In this document: piece by piece, positions 1 to 13,087 of the stretch
Layout: every line of letters starts with the position of its first letter
Position numbering within the stretch: position 1 is the stretch's first letter
From: Eledone cirrhosa
Taxonomy: Eukaryota
Length of the DNA stretch: 64,000 nucleotides
Reading direction: 5' to 3'
Assembly: GCA_964016885.1 (NCBI GenBank)
Contig: OZ024749.1
Coordinates: 49,848,001-49,912,000 of the forward strand
Program-made: the position numbers and the translations under genes
Notes under the pieces: generated by a model
Seen by the model: only the letters and a program-made list of their open reading frames with translations
The model's database searches: none
Told to the model about the DNA's origin: nothing

Positions 1-1885
1 AACTGAACCTCTTCCTTTGGTGACGAATATATTCTTTTGTTAAAGCAAAAACGGATATACTTGCACACCGTGTAAACAATATGTACTGCATTTGGCTACA
101 ATCTCTGTGCTGATTATTGCGTACAAAAAATGCATATATTCTTATTCGTACATTAAAAAAAAATCAAGATCTTATATCCATATTTCTCACTGTGTCACAG
201 ACTACGAAAGTAGAACAGACAATACACTCCAGAAAAATATTTTATTATTCAAAATGAAAGATATTCTCTTTCAGAATACATGCACAAACGAAGTTGGTAA
301 GAAGACTAGATGTGGTTCTTAGATTTTACTCTATGACATGTTTAACATGACCATATTCATGAGTAAAAAGGAAGAATTTGCGAGATCTTTCTTCTTTTGA
401 CATGTATGTTATTATCGACGGATTTATCGTTACGTGTGAATTTGAATCTGTCGTTAATGTCTATATTGTTCAATCACAGTTGAGCCAAACTATACAACTG
501 TTTATCTCAGAAGTAACACGTTTACGTTTATAGTCTATTCAGGCATCATTACACTGTTTCAGAGGAAATTGAGACAACGAAATATAATGTAGAACGTATT
601 GTTTACTTACGAATCTTTTATGGTTTTAATGTGAATGGGATGTTATTCTATCGCTTACCGTGGTCATGAAGATGTTCATTGATTAGCTCAGATATCAATA
701 TTGAGACATTACTGAGTTACTGTCATCGTTGGGAAGCGAGATACGCGAGTCTTAACTTAAGAACATATAGTTATAATTAATGCTAGTTATAATTAATATT
801 TTGATTAATACAAAATTAATTTGCAACATTAACACACAACTAAAAAAGAAATAATTTATTTAAAATGAAGCTATCAATAAGAGAAATGAGGGGACCAACC
901 AATATCGTGGGAGATTTGTTTCATACAATAGAGATAAGAATGAAATATACATATATAATAGAGTTTCAATCTATGTTGTAGGTTAAAGATTCTTGGGGGT
1001 GAATCTTTATAATTATATAGATAGCAACCAGTTGAATCATCTTCTCGTCTAGAGTTAGGTTTATGAAATAACAAATTTATTTAAATATGTAGAATAAAAA
1101 CACAGATATTTATGCACGTTTTGCATGCTAAAATCAGCCGAAAACATACCGTTATTTTTTATCCGTTTATAGCGATAAGGATAAAATCATTAATCAATAA
1201 AGTTTTTATGGCTTTTAAAAACAAAATCACTTAAGTTTTCGATAATATTATTTAATGTGGAAATCACTGTTTTAATAACATTTATATCAACATAAATCAC
1301 GTGTCTCGGTTGTTCTATGGTGAAGAAAATGAAAAGTAACTGATATGATAACGCACATTCATATATAAAAATTCGGGTAATTTAACTTGGAATATGATAC
1401 ACAATTCTTATATTTTGTGAGAAAAGAAAGTATTCTTGAATAAATGGTTATTTATTTAGTGAGTAAATGATAATATATATCCCATATATTCACTGAATGT
1501 CTTTTCCGAACACAATATGATTTATATATATGACTGAATAATACATTATATTGGAAAATATTTTCTGCAATGTATGGTAGCACAAAGACAGTACATTCCG
1601 CTGCATCAGTGAACAATTGTAGTTTACATAGAAAATATTCATGATTTAACTACAGTTGTTCTTCTTCATATTCTTCTAAAGTTTTATTTTTTTAAATAGT
1701 TTCTCACAATGGTATTTGATAATAGACCGGGCGGTAATCTTCTAAATCCTCGGGCTTTAATCAGATTTTGTATTCAGTTATAAAAATGGCCTTCATTTTA
1801 ATCCTTTAGAGCAATATGAATATCCTATGGGAATTAATTATTACTGCTGCTCATGTGAAAATTACAGAGTCAAATATACAATAAT

Positions 1886-2073
1886 AATTGTTTCTACTTT
1901 AGGCACAAGGCCAGCCATTTACTAGTGCATTACTGGTACTGTATTTCATCGACCCCGTAAGGATGAAAGGCAAAGTCAACCTCGGCGAGATTTGAACTCA
2001 GATCGTAAAGAGACGTAACTATGCTGGAAAGCATGGCCTCCGACCCTCTACCGATACTGCCAATCCACCGACC
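1886..2073 (-). mobile_element. tRNA-derived SINE (Meta-SINE-domain family), copy 1
   Basis: The reverse complement has an A-box-like TGGCAGTATCGG, B-box GAGTTCAAATC, the central GCCTTTCATCCTTACGGGGTCGAT..AGTACCAG motif and the 3' GGCCTTGTGCCTAAAGTAGAAAC(ATT)n end. It matches 11 other copies in the window. Confidence 0.9.
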
Positions 2074-2479
2074 CTTATATATAATAATAATGTCGCTTGT
2101 TTACAGCGTATTTCAAATGATTTAAACAATCAATGGATATGCAAATATATCTACGCAGAAACCACTTTTAGTAGAGTACTAGAAGCATACGTTTGAAACA
2201 TATCGAACGAATTCTGTAAAAATGCTAAATACTCATTTGCCTTTACAGTATTTTACAAAGCATTTACTGCCAATTTCAGAGTAATTTGAACTTGACAGAA
2301 GTAATAAACTTTAAAATGTCTGCGTGTTTATTGACCTTATAAATCGTTTGTGAATATCACTATTGTGTTCATTTCATTCGCCCCATTAACACATGAGTTG
2401 CTAAATACATATACAATGAATGTGTCCTGCGTGTGATGTATGAATTAACTTAGGCAGCACTAGCTAATATATACATATG

Positions 2480-2766
<287 letters not shown>

Positions 2767-4215
2767 ATGGAGTGAGAGAGTGTGTGTATAAGAGAATATC
2801 AAGAGTGAAGGGGAAGTAATGTGAGTGTGTTCATGCTTGCAGGAAAATGATGGCACTAACAATAATCCAATAGGCAAACCAGATGCAGTTAGAAATTATA
2901 TTTGCATAATTATATTTCCTTCTTTCCACCAGACGATCATCTGTAAATCCTGTTTCATGTTTGATAATGGATTGAAAATTGTCTGGGATATTTATTTACT
3001 CTCAAATCAGAAATGCATCTTCATTGCATTCATTATTATTGAGTCCCCGGCTAATCATTTCAATGATATTTAAAATGAGACAGAAAATCATTAAGTAGAA
3101 TGGCTTTTTAATATCCCAGTCTCGGTCATGACCATCTATATTTCATTTAATATAATTCTACTAAGCGATATGTTGTAATTTTATATATATATATTCCGAC
3201 ATATTAAAGACGCAACTACATTTTATCATAAACAGAAATATGCATTCATACATATGTATGTATTTCATTCATATACCTACTGTTATTAGCTTAATAGGTT
3301 GGGAATTGACAGGTTATATAGAAATAAGTCCGTCAAATACCAATAGTTACCTCGGTCCAATATTATTTTGGTATTAACTCATACTTACGCGATTGTCACT
3401 CCCAGCATAATTCACATATATATTTTATTCATTAAAACACTTAAACACTTCCAGAGTAGAATTGAAAGTTAAGCATGACAGCACTAGGATGTATTTAAGT
3501 TGAATTCAATAATTTACTAGAAAAAAAAAAAGAAATAGAAATCCAATGGATGTTTACAGCTAAAATCAGACAAAATAAATCATTATTTACAAATACGCCA
3601 GAACGTAATGAAAATGTTACGAAGCCTTTTTATATTCTTCTCAGGATTTGTTCCTTACTAACACATAAATATTCACTTTCTGTACAAAACCAAACAAATT
3701 CCTACATTTCTCCTAAGTCTCGGAAACATTCATGATAATTTACCACATTGTTAATGTTACACTTCGTTAAAAAGTAAATATACACCACAGATTCGTCCGA
3801 CACAGCAACATAAATGGATGTAATTTATCTTCAACATTTGAGACATAATTTTCCTGAGTTCTATGCAGACATTTCATTACTTACAGTTCAATAAATCACA
3901 TTACGAGTCAAGTATTATAGTTCAAGTAATCGTCTGATCCAGCCTTCCCTTTACTTGTATTGCCGCGGAATTAGAAACTATTATTAATGTTATTACTATC
4001 GTTCATTTCCTCTTGTTACATGGGATTTTGGTATGAATGCAAACGGTTAACGTATCATCGCAAGAAAGGATTCTTCTACCGAATTTGCTTGATAATAATG
4101 TATATTTATTCTCCAGCATTCAATGTAAACTGTTTTATTGAATTCTGATTCTTTGTGATATAACACGGATTTCTTGTATGATACTGACTCATATTTCAAT
4201 TATTATTTCATGTCA

Positions 4216-4410
4216 GGGCGGTGGATTGGCAGTATCGGTAGAGGGTCGGACGCCATGCTTTGCAGCAAAGAGTTACGGCCCTTTATGGTCTAAAGTTCAA
4301 TTTCCGCCGAAGTTAACTTTGCCTTTCATCCTTACGTGGGTCGATAAAATAAGGTACCAGTAATACACTGGGATAATTAGTGGCTTTGTGCCAAATATTA
4401 GAAACAATTA
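4216..4410 (+). mobile_element. SINE copy 2 with target-site duplication
   Basis: Full head-to-tail match to the family; ATTATTTCATGT(C/T)AGGG lies on both flanks. Confidence 0.9.
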
Positions 4411-4655
4411 TTTCATGTTAGGGATTTTCAAATTTCATTGAGTTAATTCACGTTCTACTTTCATAAAATTAATTTCAACTCCATAGAAATACAGACTGTA
4501 ATTTTTCTTATATATATATAATATAGATCTTCTTATTCTAAAGATGTATTCCTTGATATTTGAATATGCTGAATGTGAAGTCGGATCATGAATTTAATCG
4601 TGTCCTTTAATGTAGTTACTATGCATATAAGTATCATTTTCTTTCTAAATCTATT

Positions 4656-4720
<65 letters not shown>

Positions 4721-4817
4721 TAAGTATAAATATATATATTGGGTCATCGAGTATAACATTGGTAGAACTTGTAGAAAGTTTCTTCTACAAATTTCTACAC
4801 GCTTCAGATTTGGCGAC

Positions 4818-4971
<154 letters not shown>

Positions 4972-5112
4972 CAGTTAGAGACTAGCTAGTGCACCGGGCG
5001 ACAGAGACCACTCCACACACACATATATATGTATGTGAGAGAGAGAGTGTGTGAAGGGGAAGTTGTAATATTGTTTTGTTCAGTTTCAATGTTGTTTTAT
5101 TTTCTTCAAATA

Positions 5113-5494
5113 CCATCTAGTTCCGCAGATGAGGGTCACCGCTGCTTCCTCAGGAAGATCGATTTTAAAGTTTGAATTCTCTATCTACTTATGGCTTTTT
5201 ACTGTCATAATATTTTCCTATCAAATATATACCATCCGTATATATATTTATATGTACATTTCTTTTTCTTTGCTTCAATTCTGTTTTATATCCGCTTTTG
5301 TGGGTCGACAATGTTAAGTGTGGCATTTTAAAAATATTGTTATGTTTGTTTTTTTTATTTGTTGTTTTCAGATTCGTGTCCCCAATATATATATGCACAT
5401 TTATATTTTCATCTCTTGATATGAAAACGTTGTATTTATTTTCGATTTTAAGTAGCTCTTGATTTAAATACACGACGTCCAACATTACATCCAT
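5113..5494 (-). mobile_element. Penelope-like element 3' remnant (degenerate GIY-YIG plus decayed hammerhead)
   Basis: ORF 5189..5494 has VVY...HIYIGDT...H. Downstream is CTGAGGA-AGCAG..CTGC-GGAA-CTAG (5113-5156, minus). Confidence 0.6.
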
Positions 5495-5556
5495 ATTGTA
5501 TACATTTATATTTTATATCGGCCTGCATACACTCTTACACAAACACGCACACACAA

Positions 5557-5624
<68 letters not shown>

Positions 5625-5630
<6 letters not shown>

Positions 5631-6290
5631 AGTTCCCATACTAACTGTAAAACTAGAAATGTTAGATATAGCATAAGATGTACTGAAGGACAATGTAGAG
5701 ATAAGAAAATACTGTACATAGGTGGAACAGCTCGTAGTATAGGGGAACGGATAAATGAACACCGGTGAGAGATTCAACATAGTAAAGAATCATCTGTACT
5801 CCACCAACATCTAAAATAGAAGATAAGGGTAAATTAGAGAACATAGAAATAAAAATAGAATCTACACACAGAAAAGACGCAATGTTTAGAGAAATCACAG
5901 AGGTAATAATGATAAATGAACTCCAACCAAAATTAAATAGAAAACATGAATGGAATAGCAACATCACAACTTACAATTAAGGACAAAATGAAAAGAACAC
6001 ACACACATAGAACAAACAACCAACCAGTAACATGTAAATAAACAAATAAATAAACAAATATAAACACACACAGACAGCCGGATGTAACACATGCGCAAAC
6101 TAAGCACACAACAAAAACAAGATGGCGTAGGAGAGAACATAGGAGAGGCACAAAAGCAAAGAAAAGAAGCCGCAATCACTGAAGAGGTCACATAATGTGT
6201 GACTGACGAAAGAACTTTGACAATATATGAACAATCGTTTGGTTGTGGAACCAACCAACCGGAAATTTATAAATTCCTAAATTTATAAAT
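5625..6290 (+). mobile_element. Penelope-like element 3' end (GIY-YIG endonuclease pseudogene plus pLTR)
   Basis: Translates as CKTRNVRYSIRC..C..LYIGGTARSIGERINEHR, then after disruption E.I.INELQPKLNRKHE, followed by an A-rich UTR and a hammerhead core. Confidence 0.85.
6176..6220 (+). ncRNA. Minimal type I hammerhead ribozyme motif (PLE-associated)
   Basis: TCA-CTGAAGA-G GTCACA taatg TGTGAC tgaC-GAAA-GAAC-TT-TGA. Stem I is TCA/TGA and stem II is a 6-bp hairpin. Confidence 0.7.
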
Positions 6291-6479
6291 TTAATTTATA
6301 ATAAATTGAAGTGAAAGCATTTGGTGCGTGTGTTTTTTATTGGCAACATGGCCCTCCCAAACCATAGCAATATCGGTTTCAACACACGTTTTCAGATAAA
6401 TAATCTTGCTAAACAAATTCAGAAACGAAATATATATATATATATATGAATATATGAATATATATATATATATGTTTGG

Positions 6480-6880
6480 ATGAGTGTGTGTGTTAGGGGG
6501 GTGTTATTGGGTGTTACTATTACTGGTGGTGGGGAAAGTGTTGAATGCGGGTGTGTAAGTGTGGGTTAGTTCTGGCTGGGTGTGTGGAGAGGGTGGTGTA
6601 CATGTGTGTGTGTGTGTGAGTGTGATGGTGCGTGTTCGTTTTATTAGTTGTGGGGTGGGCCAAGAGGGTGCGCCGGTGAAATAGAGGAGTGTGTTAGTGG
6701 TGTTAGTGGGGGATGTGTGGGGGGAAGGTGAGTAGTCGAAGGCTAAAGGAATGGGTGTGCGGAGTTCAAGCCGGCGGCTGTGGTCTGTAGGGTGGAGATG
6801 GTGTGTTGTTCGACCGTGAGGCGGGTGGTGGGTGTTCTATTTCATTGGAGCAGGCCACAGACTGTGAGGTGTTGGGCGGA
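6480..6880 (-). mobile_element. Penelope/Neptune-like element C-terminus with CA-rich 3' UTR
   Basis: The minus strand translates LTVCGLLQ*NRTPTTRLTVEQHTISTLQTTAAGLNS, matching the R...E...I..L.T..(P).GLN end of PLE GIY-YIG domains. Confidence 0.6.
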
Positions 6881-7053
6881 ATATGTATGTATGCATATTT
6901 GTACGTATATGTATTATATATGTATCTTTATATATACATATGCATTTACATATAGCTATGCATATAAAAACGGGTGCATTTATTTGTTTTTTGTTTAATT
7001 ACGGTATTTTTCATCGACGCAAATCATTCTGTTGATCCAAATTTGTTGTTATT

Positions 7054-7245
7054 CAGTATCGGTAGAGGGTCGGATGCCATGCATTGCAACACAAAGTTAC
7101 GGCCCTTTAAGGTCTGTATTCAAATGCCACCGAGGTTAACTTTGCCTTCATCCTTACGAGTTCGGTAAAATAAAGTACCAGTAATACACTGGGATAATTG
7201 GTGGCCTTGCGCCAAAAGTAGAAACAATTATTATTATTATTATTA
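7054..7245 (+). mobile_element. SINE copy 3 (slightly 5'-truncated)
   Basis: Family match with (ATT)n tail. Confidence 0.88.
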
Positions 7246-7258
7246 ACATTATTAACAG

Positions 7259-7460
7259 AGGGCGGGGAATTGGCAGTATCGGTAGAGAGTCGGACACCAT
7301 GCTTTCCAGCATAGTTACGTCCCTTTACAGTCTGAGTTCAAATAACGGCGATGTTTACTTTGCCTTTCATCCTTACGAGGTCGATAAAATAAAGTACCAG
7401 TAATACACTGAGTAATTGCTGACCTTGTGCCTAAAGTAAAAACAATTATTATTATTAACA
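7259..7460 (+). mobile_element. SINE copy 4, inserted in the tail of copy 3
   Basis: Family match; ATTATTATTAACATTA is duplicated on both flanks. Confidence 0.88.
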
Positions 7461-9165
7461 TTAATGATAATAATATTGCAATCGGTATCAACATCATTTC
7501 TTTACAAGTGAGATTACCAAATTCTTTGAATATATCTGCCTATAATCCCACTCCTGCTATGTTTTCTTAGTGGCATGGCAAAAAATAAAAATAAAATAGA
7601 TCAACCTGTCTTATTTATATTTTCCAGATGTAAAGGAATCTCTTTGTGAATTAATGAATCACTGACACTTTTCTCGTCTGTTGGCAGGTAATTTCATTTG
7701 ACACACGAACATCCATGGCAGCTGCATTGAAACCATATCCTGGCGCTTTTCCAAAACAACTTACACCATATAGCGATCAAAACAATTAATTGTTTCCACA
7801 TACCATATTTCTATTAATTATTGAAAATAAAATAAGAAAAACAAAAAAGAAATTAATATAGAAACCATTTATTCCAATCTCATGTTTGATTCTAAGATTT
7901 CCAATGTTATAATGTTATTCCAACCTCCAATTGGATATTTTGCTTATTGCATGGTATATTCTTTTTAACAAAAATCAAATTCCTTAAATACGTCATAATT
8001 ACATTAGGATCCGATTATCTGCCAGTTCCTTAGACAAAATAATCCCAACAATGTATAATATGTTTTACGAAACGTTGAAACTATATAGTACGCTGTTTGT
8101 AACGTAGAGAAATATATGGTCTCAGACATAATGTCATCTGACAGATCTCTTGAAATAAAACACCAGATGTGAAGAAAGAATATAACGAAGTGGAATAACT
8201 ATTTCAATACTTCACACCAAATACAAGAGCAAATTCGGCAATTTTTGTCATAAAATGTTTGTTTATTTTTGTATGAAATGCAACGAGGATTACTAAGTCA
8301 TTTGGACGGAGAACACTAGGAACGGTAATAATATCAATCAATAACATACCGATAATTTGACATATTTTGTATAATTGAACAATTTGAAAGTCATATAATT
8401 GATATAATTATGTTTTAAAATAGAAATCTTAAATCATTTGCACGTTACATTTATTGATATTACACACAGTATAGTCTATAGTCTGATAATAAAACTAATC
8501 TTCAAAATAATCAACAGTTAATTACACACGTAAACTCGGTTATATTATCGTTAATTTCATTAACATAGTACATGGATTCAGTTTCAGGGTCATAATCGTG
8601 TAAAGGTGGTAAAACAAAGCCTAAAACTGGTAGTCGTCTTGTCGGTAATTAGCTTTGTTGGGATGTTAAATTGTAAAACAGACTGAAACTTGTTAACGTT
8701 TACGAACTTCCTAGATACAGCTTATTGCATGTCTCTGAAAAAGCGAGAACATAACTTTGTTGCATATGCCGAACTAAACGTACATATGGGTAGACATTAT
8801 GCTAACATGTGCATGGTGAACGAAGATTACATCAACTTTCGGCGTGACGGAATGACACTAAGCTGGCTCTTTCCACTACAGGAGCCACAAAGCTTCCCAT
8901 GCTCAGAAATATGGAGCCACAGTAAATGTAAATATTTGTTCAAGGTCATCAGAATCCACCGCGAATGGAATTAACGAATTAATAATCGGGATCTAAGCAC
9001 CAGAACCTTTACACCACTCGTTTTCATCGACACACGGCCGCAAATATATATATCTATGAATTTAATATATACATGAATGGATGCATGTGCATGAATGCAT
9101 ACACATTCATATAATTTAACACACAAATAAACTCACAAACATACACTAATATACATATCTCTCTT

Positions 9166-9166
<1 letters not shown>

Positions 9167-9230
<64 letters not shown>

Positions 9231-9232
9231 TT
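9167..9232. repeat. (ATCT)n microsatellite
   Basis: Tandem ATCT units. Confidence 0.95.
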
Positions 9233-9294
9233 ATCCATCTCTCTATCTATATATATACATACATATACGAACGTATCCATATATAGTGTTAAAA

Positions 9295-9388
9295 AAAGTA
9301 ACACGATTACATTATACTTCATCTCCTATAGTATTATTAGTAATAATAATACTATAGGAGATGAAGTATAATGTAATCGTGTTACTTT
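9295..9388. repeat. Perfect 45-bp inverted repeat with 4-nt loop
   Basis: 9295-9339 is the exact reverse complement of 9344-9388; the loop is GTAA. Confidence 0.92.
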
Positions 9389-9899
9389 GTTATAATATAT
9401 ATAATAATAATAATAATTCTTATTTATATTGGTATTGTTGACGTTATTACTATTATTAATATCACCAGTATTTCTGTTACTAAGAATAGTAATAAAAATA
9501 ATAATATCAATCAAAACTGGATAATTCAGTATAGTTTGGATTGTACAACTGAATAGAGTTATTAGATACAGGTCAGAATGTTTCAGAAGATACCAGACGT
9601 ATTGGAGACATCAGTTATAGAAGTTCTACATATTTTTAATATAGCGCATATATTGCTATTCATCTTTTTCCTCAACAACACTGACCTCTCTGGAACATAA
9701 TCGAAGAAAAAAGGCCAACACAAGTGAATATCTAAATTACATTGCGCATGACCGTTCTCGAGAAATTATCTTCCTAGATCAGGAGATTATTTACAAACCT
9801 GAAGGATAGTGAATATTAAACAGAAGACATTCACGAGTATATTATACACGAGATTATACATACCTACACATATACACACTCACATTATATATTTAAATA

Positions 9900-10056
9900 T
9901 ATAACAAAGGAATTGTGGTAAGAAACTAGGTGGACCATAACGCACCATAGTACTCAATACTAAGGGTAGTAGAGTTGGAAATAGGAAAAAGTATGACCCC
10001 GACCGCAGAGCTAAAGCCGTCGATACGGCTTGAGCTCTGCCGTCGGGGTCATACTT

Positions 10057-10062
<6 letters not shown>
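9900..10062. mobile_element. Small hairpin-ended dispersed element next to (TA)n
   Basis: 36-bp stem at 9985-10060 with 2 mismatches and a CGAT loop. An inverted, partly deleted homolog lies at about 56770-56890. Confidence 0.7.
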
Positions 10063-10115
<53 letters not shown>

Positions 10116-10527
10116 GATACTATTTATAGTTATGTATAGACTATATACAACTATAAACAGGAAAAGGTCAGGAATTTATTACTACCTTATTACCAGTAAG
10201 AAAAATAGCTTAATGTAAATACATCAGATGTTTATATAAATATATATACATATCAACTAGAAATAGATTGACATATCTATATATATATAAAATAAACATA
10301 TGGAACAATCACAGGGAATAATTTGTAAAGTACGTAAGCACACATAGCTAGGTAGGTACCCAATTAAAGTTTAACTAGAACTTCAAATATAGATACCTTT
10401 TAAAATGAATAATCTCCTTTTTATATATTTTTTTAAATAAAACAATATATATTTCACCAATTAATCAGTAAATCACGGTACTCAAATCCTGGATGGCAAC
10501 CCTTAATTTAATTGTGTGTATATATAT

Positions 10528-10559
<32 letters not shown>

Positions 10560-10560
10560 T

Positions 10561-10790
<230 letters not shown>

Positions 10791-10798
10791 CACACACT

Positions 10799-10884
<86 letters not shown>

Positions 10885-12899
10885 TGTGTGTGTGTGTGTG
10901 TGTATGTGTGTATATGTAGAGAGAGAGGGGGCACGACAGAGGGTGGGAGAGATGGACTTAGTTTAAACGAGTTAGTAAACACAGACACATAAATATATTA
11001 AGTTAGAGCAATGTATTTTAATGCATAATTGTTTCGCCTAGGTCGTAATTAAATTACCACTGTAACCGAAACCCTTAATAATATATTAATGTACACATGC
11101 ACAACCAACTATTTATATATTCATATACTTATATATATATATATATTGAGATTGCTACAATATACGTATTAAGTGATAGAGTAAATTTGTGGTTTAATGA
11201 AGGAGGTACCAACAATAATAAATATATGATTTCGCATTAAGTTGATCACAACCAGGCTTTACATTCTGGTCTTTATTGATTAGAATCAATAACGAACCTT
11301 TCACTGTTGGTTTGCACAGGCTTCAGCGTTGTTTAATAGATCAGTCTCCAGCTCCAATATGTTCATCAAAATAACTAATGAAGCGAAGCCAGCTTCTGAA
11401 ATGAAATGAGATTCGTGTTTATGAGATACATATGGATCTTGAACCACACATATGTGAAACGTTCGTAACTGAGCCTAATCAATAAAATCCTCAATGTGAG
11501 ATCTCATTGTGTTCTTCATATAAATTACGTATATCGAATTAATTTGATTATAAAGACATAGTCTAAAACATGAGGCATATACGACTCTTCAGCGGACATT
11601 TTTGGATATTATATATTCAATTAAATGAAAGATGTCCTGATATAGTAAAATACTCTACAGTGTTTGTCGTATTGAAATGATCAACAATTTTGGAAGAATA
11701 GTAATTGCTTGGCCACAGGCTAATGAGCGAATCTAGTAAAAAAGATTTAAATATATATATATATATATATAGTTTTATAAAAAATATATATAGTTGTACT
11801 GTAGTCTTTTGATTAAGCTGTGAATCTACCGTGGCTAATTTTCCAGTAGGGTGCAAGTAGAAAATATATTTAATAATCTTACATATACTAGTAGCGTGCT
11901 CAATTACTCCCCTGTACTTACGTATGGACAACTGCAGGGAAATATATATTTATAGAACTTTCTACGGAGACCGTATCTCTAACAGTCTGATAAGACTGAT
12001 ATTTCGATTGATTTGTACAATTGATACTCGGGTGTAGTGTATCGATTCAATAAACTCCTTTGCAATATAAAATAATTTTAGTGGTATCAATAATCCACAA
12101 GCACATTCTTTTTATATATTAAATAGGAGGCAATGTCAGTGCTAAAACATAAAGAGCATAGAATTTAAAAAATACACCTATTAGAGTTAAATAAATTTGG
12201 AGAGGCAATATAGTGAAAACGAATCCATTGCAATAAAGATAAATCAATAAACCATTACAATTAGAAAGTGCGATATATCACATAATACATGAAATGGAAT
12301 TAAATTTCACAGTTCGTCTACTTATTTATTTTATAAAAATAATATTGCTCAGAAAATATTTTTTTTAAATATCATTGATATCATATTTCAGTTAAACTAG
12401 AAAAATAAATATGTATCTGAAAACTTAAAATTTAAAGTCAAAAACAAAAGAGGACATACCGCGTACTGAGTTACACGCAATAAATTATCTTAATATATAC
12501 ACAAATAAAAGATTAATAATGCAAGTTTAAAATAAGAAATAATTACATGAATAATATAATGTATAATATTACATATATAACAAGTTCATTAAAATATATA
12601 TTGTGATGTATAATACAATATAATGAACAGAATCAAACAGTAATTTCTCATATGATGAATTCTAGAGATGTTATTTACATTTCTGGAATACGTATCACCT
12701 TTACGTTTACAATACTATTTTGCGTTCTTCAAGTTTCTCCTGGCATTTTCAACTTTAAAACTAATTTATTATTTCTGAATTATAAAGCAAGACTTAAGTT
12801 TCAAACCTATAACTTTTTACAATTATATATATATATATTTTACATTTGTTATATATATTGACTTCATAATATTGTTCATTTATATTATTGTTCCTTCGC

Positions 12900-13087
12900 T
12901 CAGTTTCTAACGCTGGAGATGCATTATTGCGTTAGCTGTTCACTAACAGTATTCGAGCTGTTCCAACCAATGCAGCTATTTGTAAATATTCCATCTGTAT
13001 TCCAATCCCTAATCGTTTAATGCACAACTACGTATCTGTATACATCATTCCTAAGCCTCCAACTATTATTCGTATTACAATTTTCAG
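12900..13087 (-). mobile_element. Old R4/Dong-type LINE 3' fragment
   Basis: The minus strand translates LKIVIRIIVGGLGMM...KRLGIGIQMEYLQIAALVGTARIL, the RLE C-terminal signature also seen at 17731-18249. Confidence 0.7.

Noticed and set aside
4216-4315. SINE heads as tRNA genes
   Set aside because: A/B boxes are present but there is no intact cloverleaf, and they are always fused to the SINE body.
7628-7687. 60-bp segment with good acceptor (ttttccag) and donor (CAG/gtaatt)
   Set aside because: Stops in all three frames; could be a UTR exon but is unsupported without transcripts.
8690-8974. 94-aa ORF of ordinary composition
   Set aside because: No recognisable domain or splice support.
11420-11470. 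TGAGA-TACATATG..CATATGT-GAAACGTT hammerhead-like string
   Set aside because: Core lacks C3 and correct spacing; no convincing stem I.
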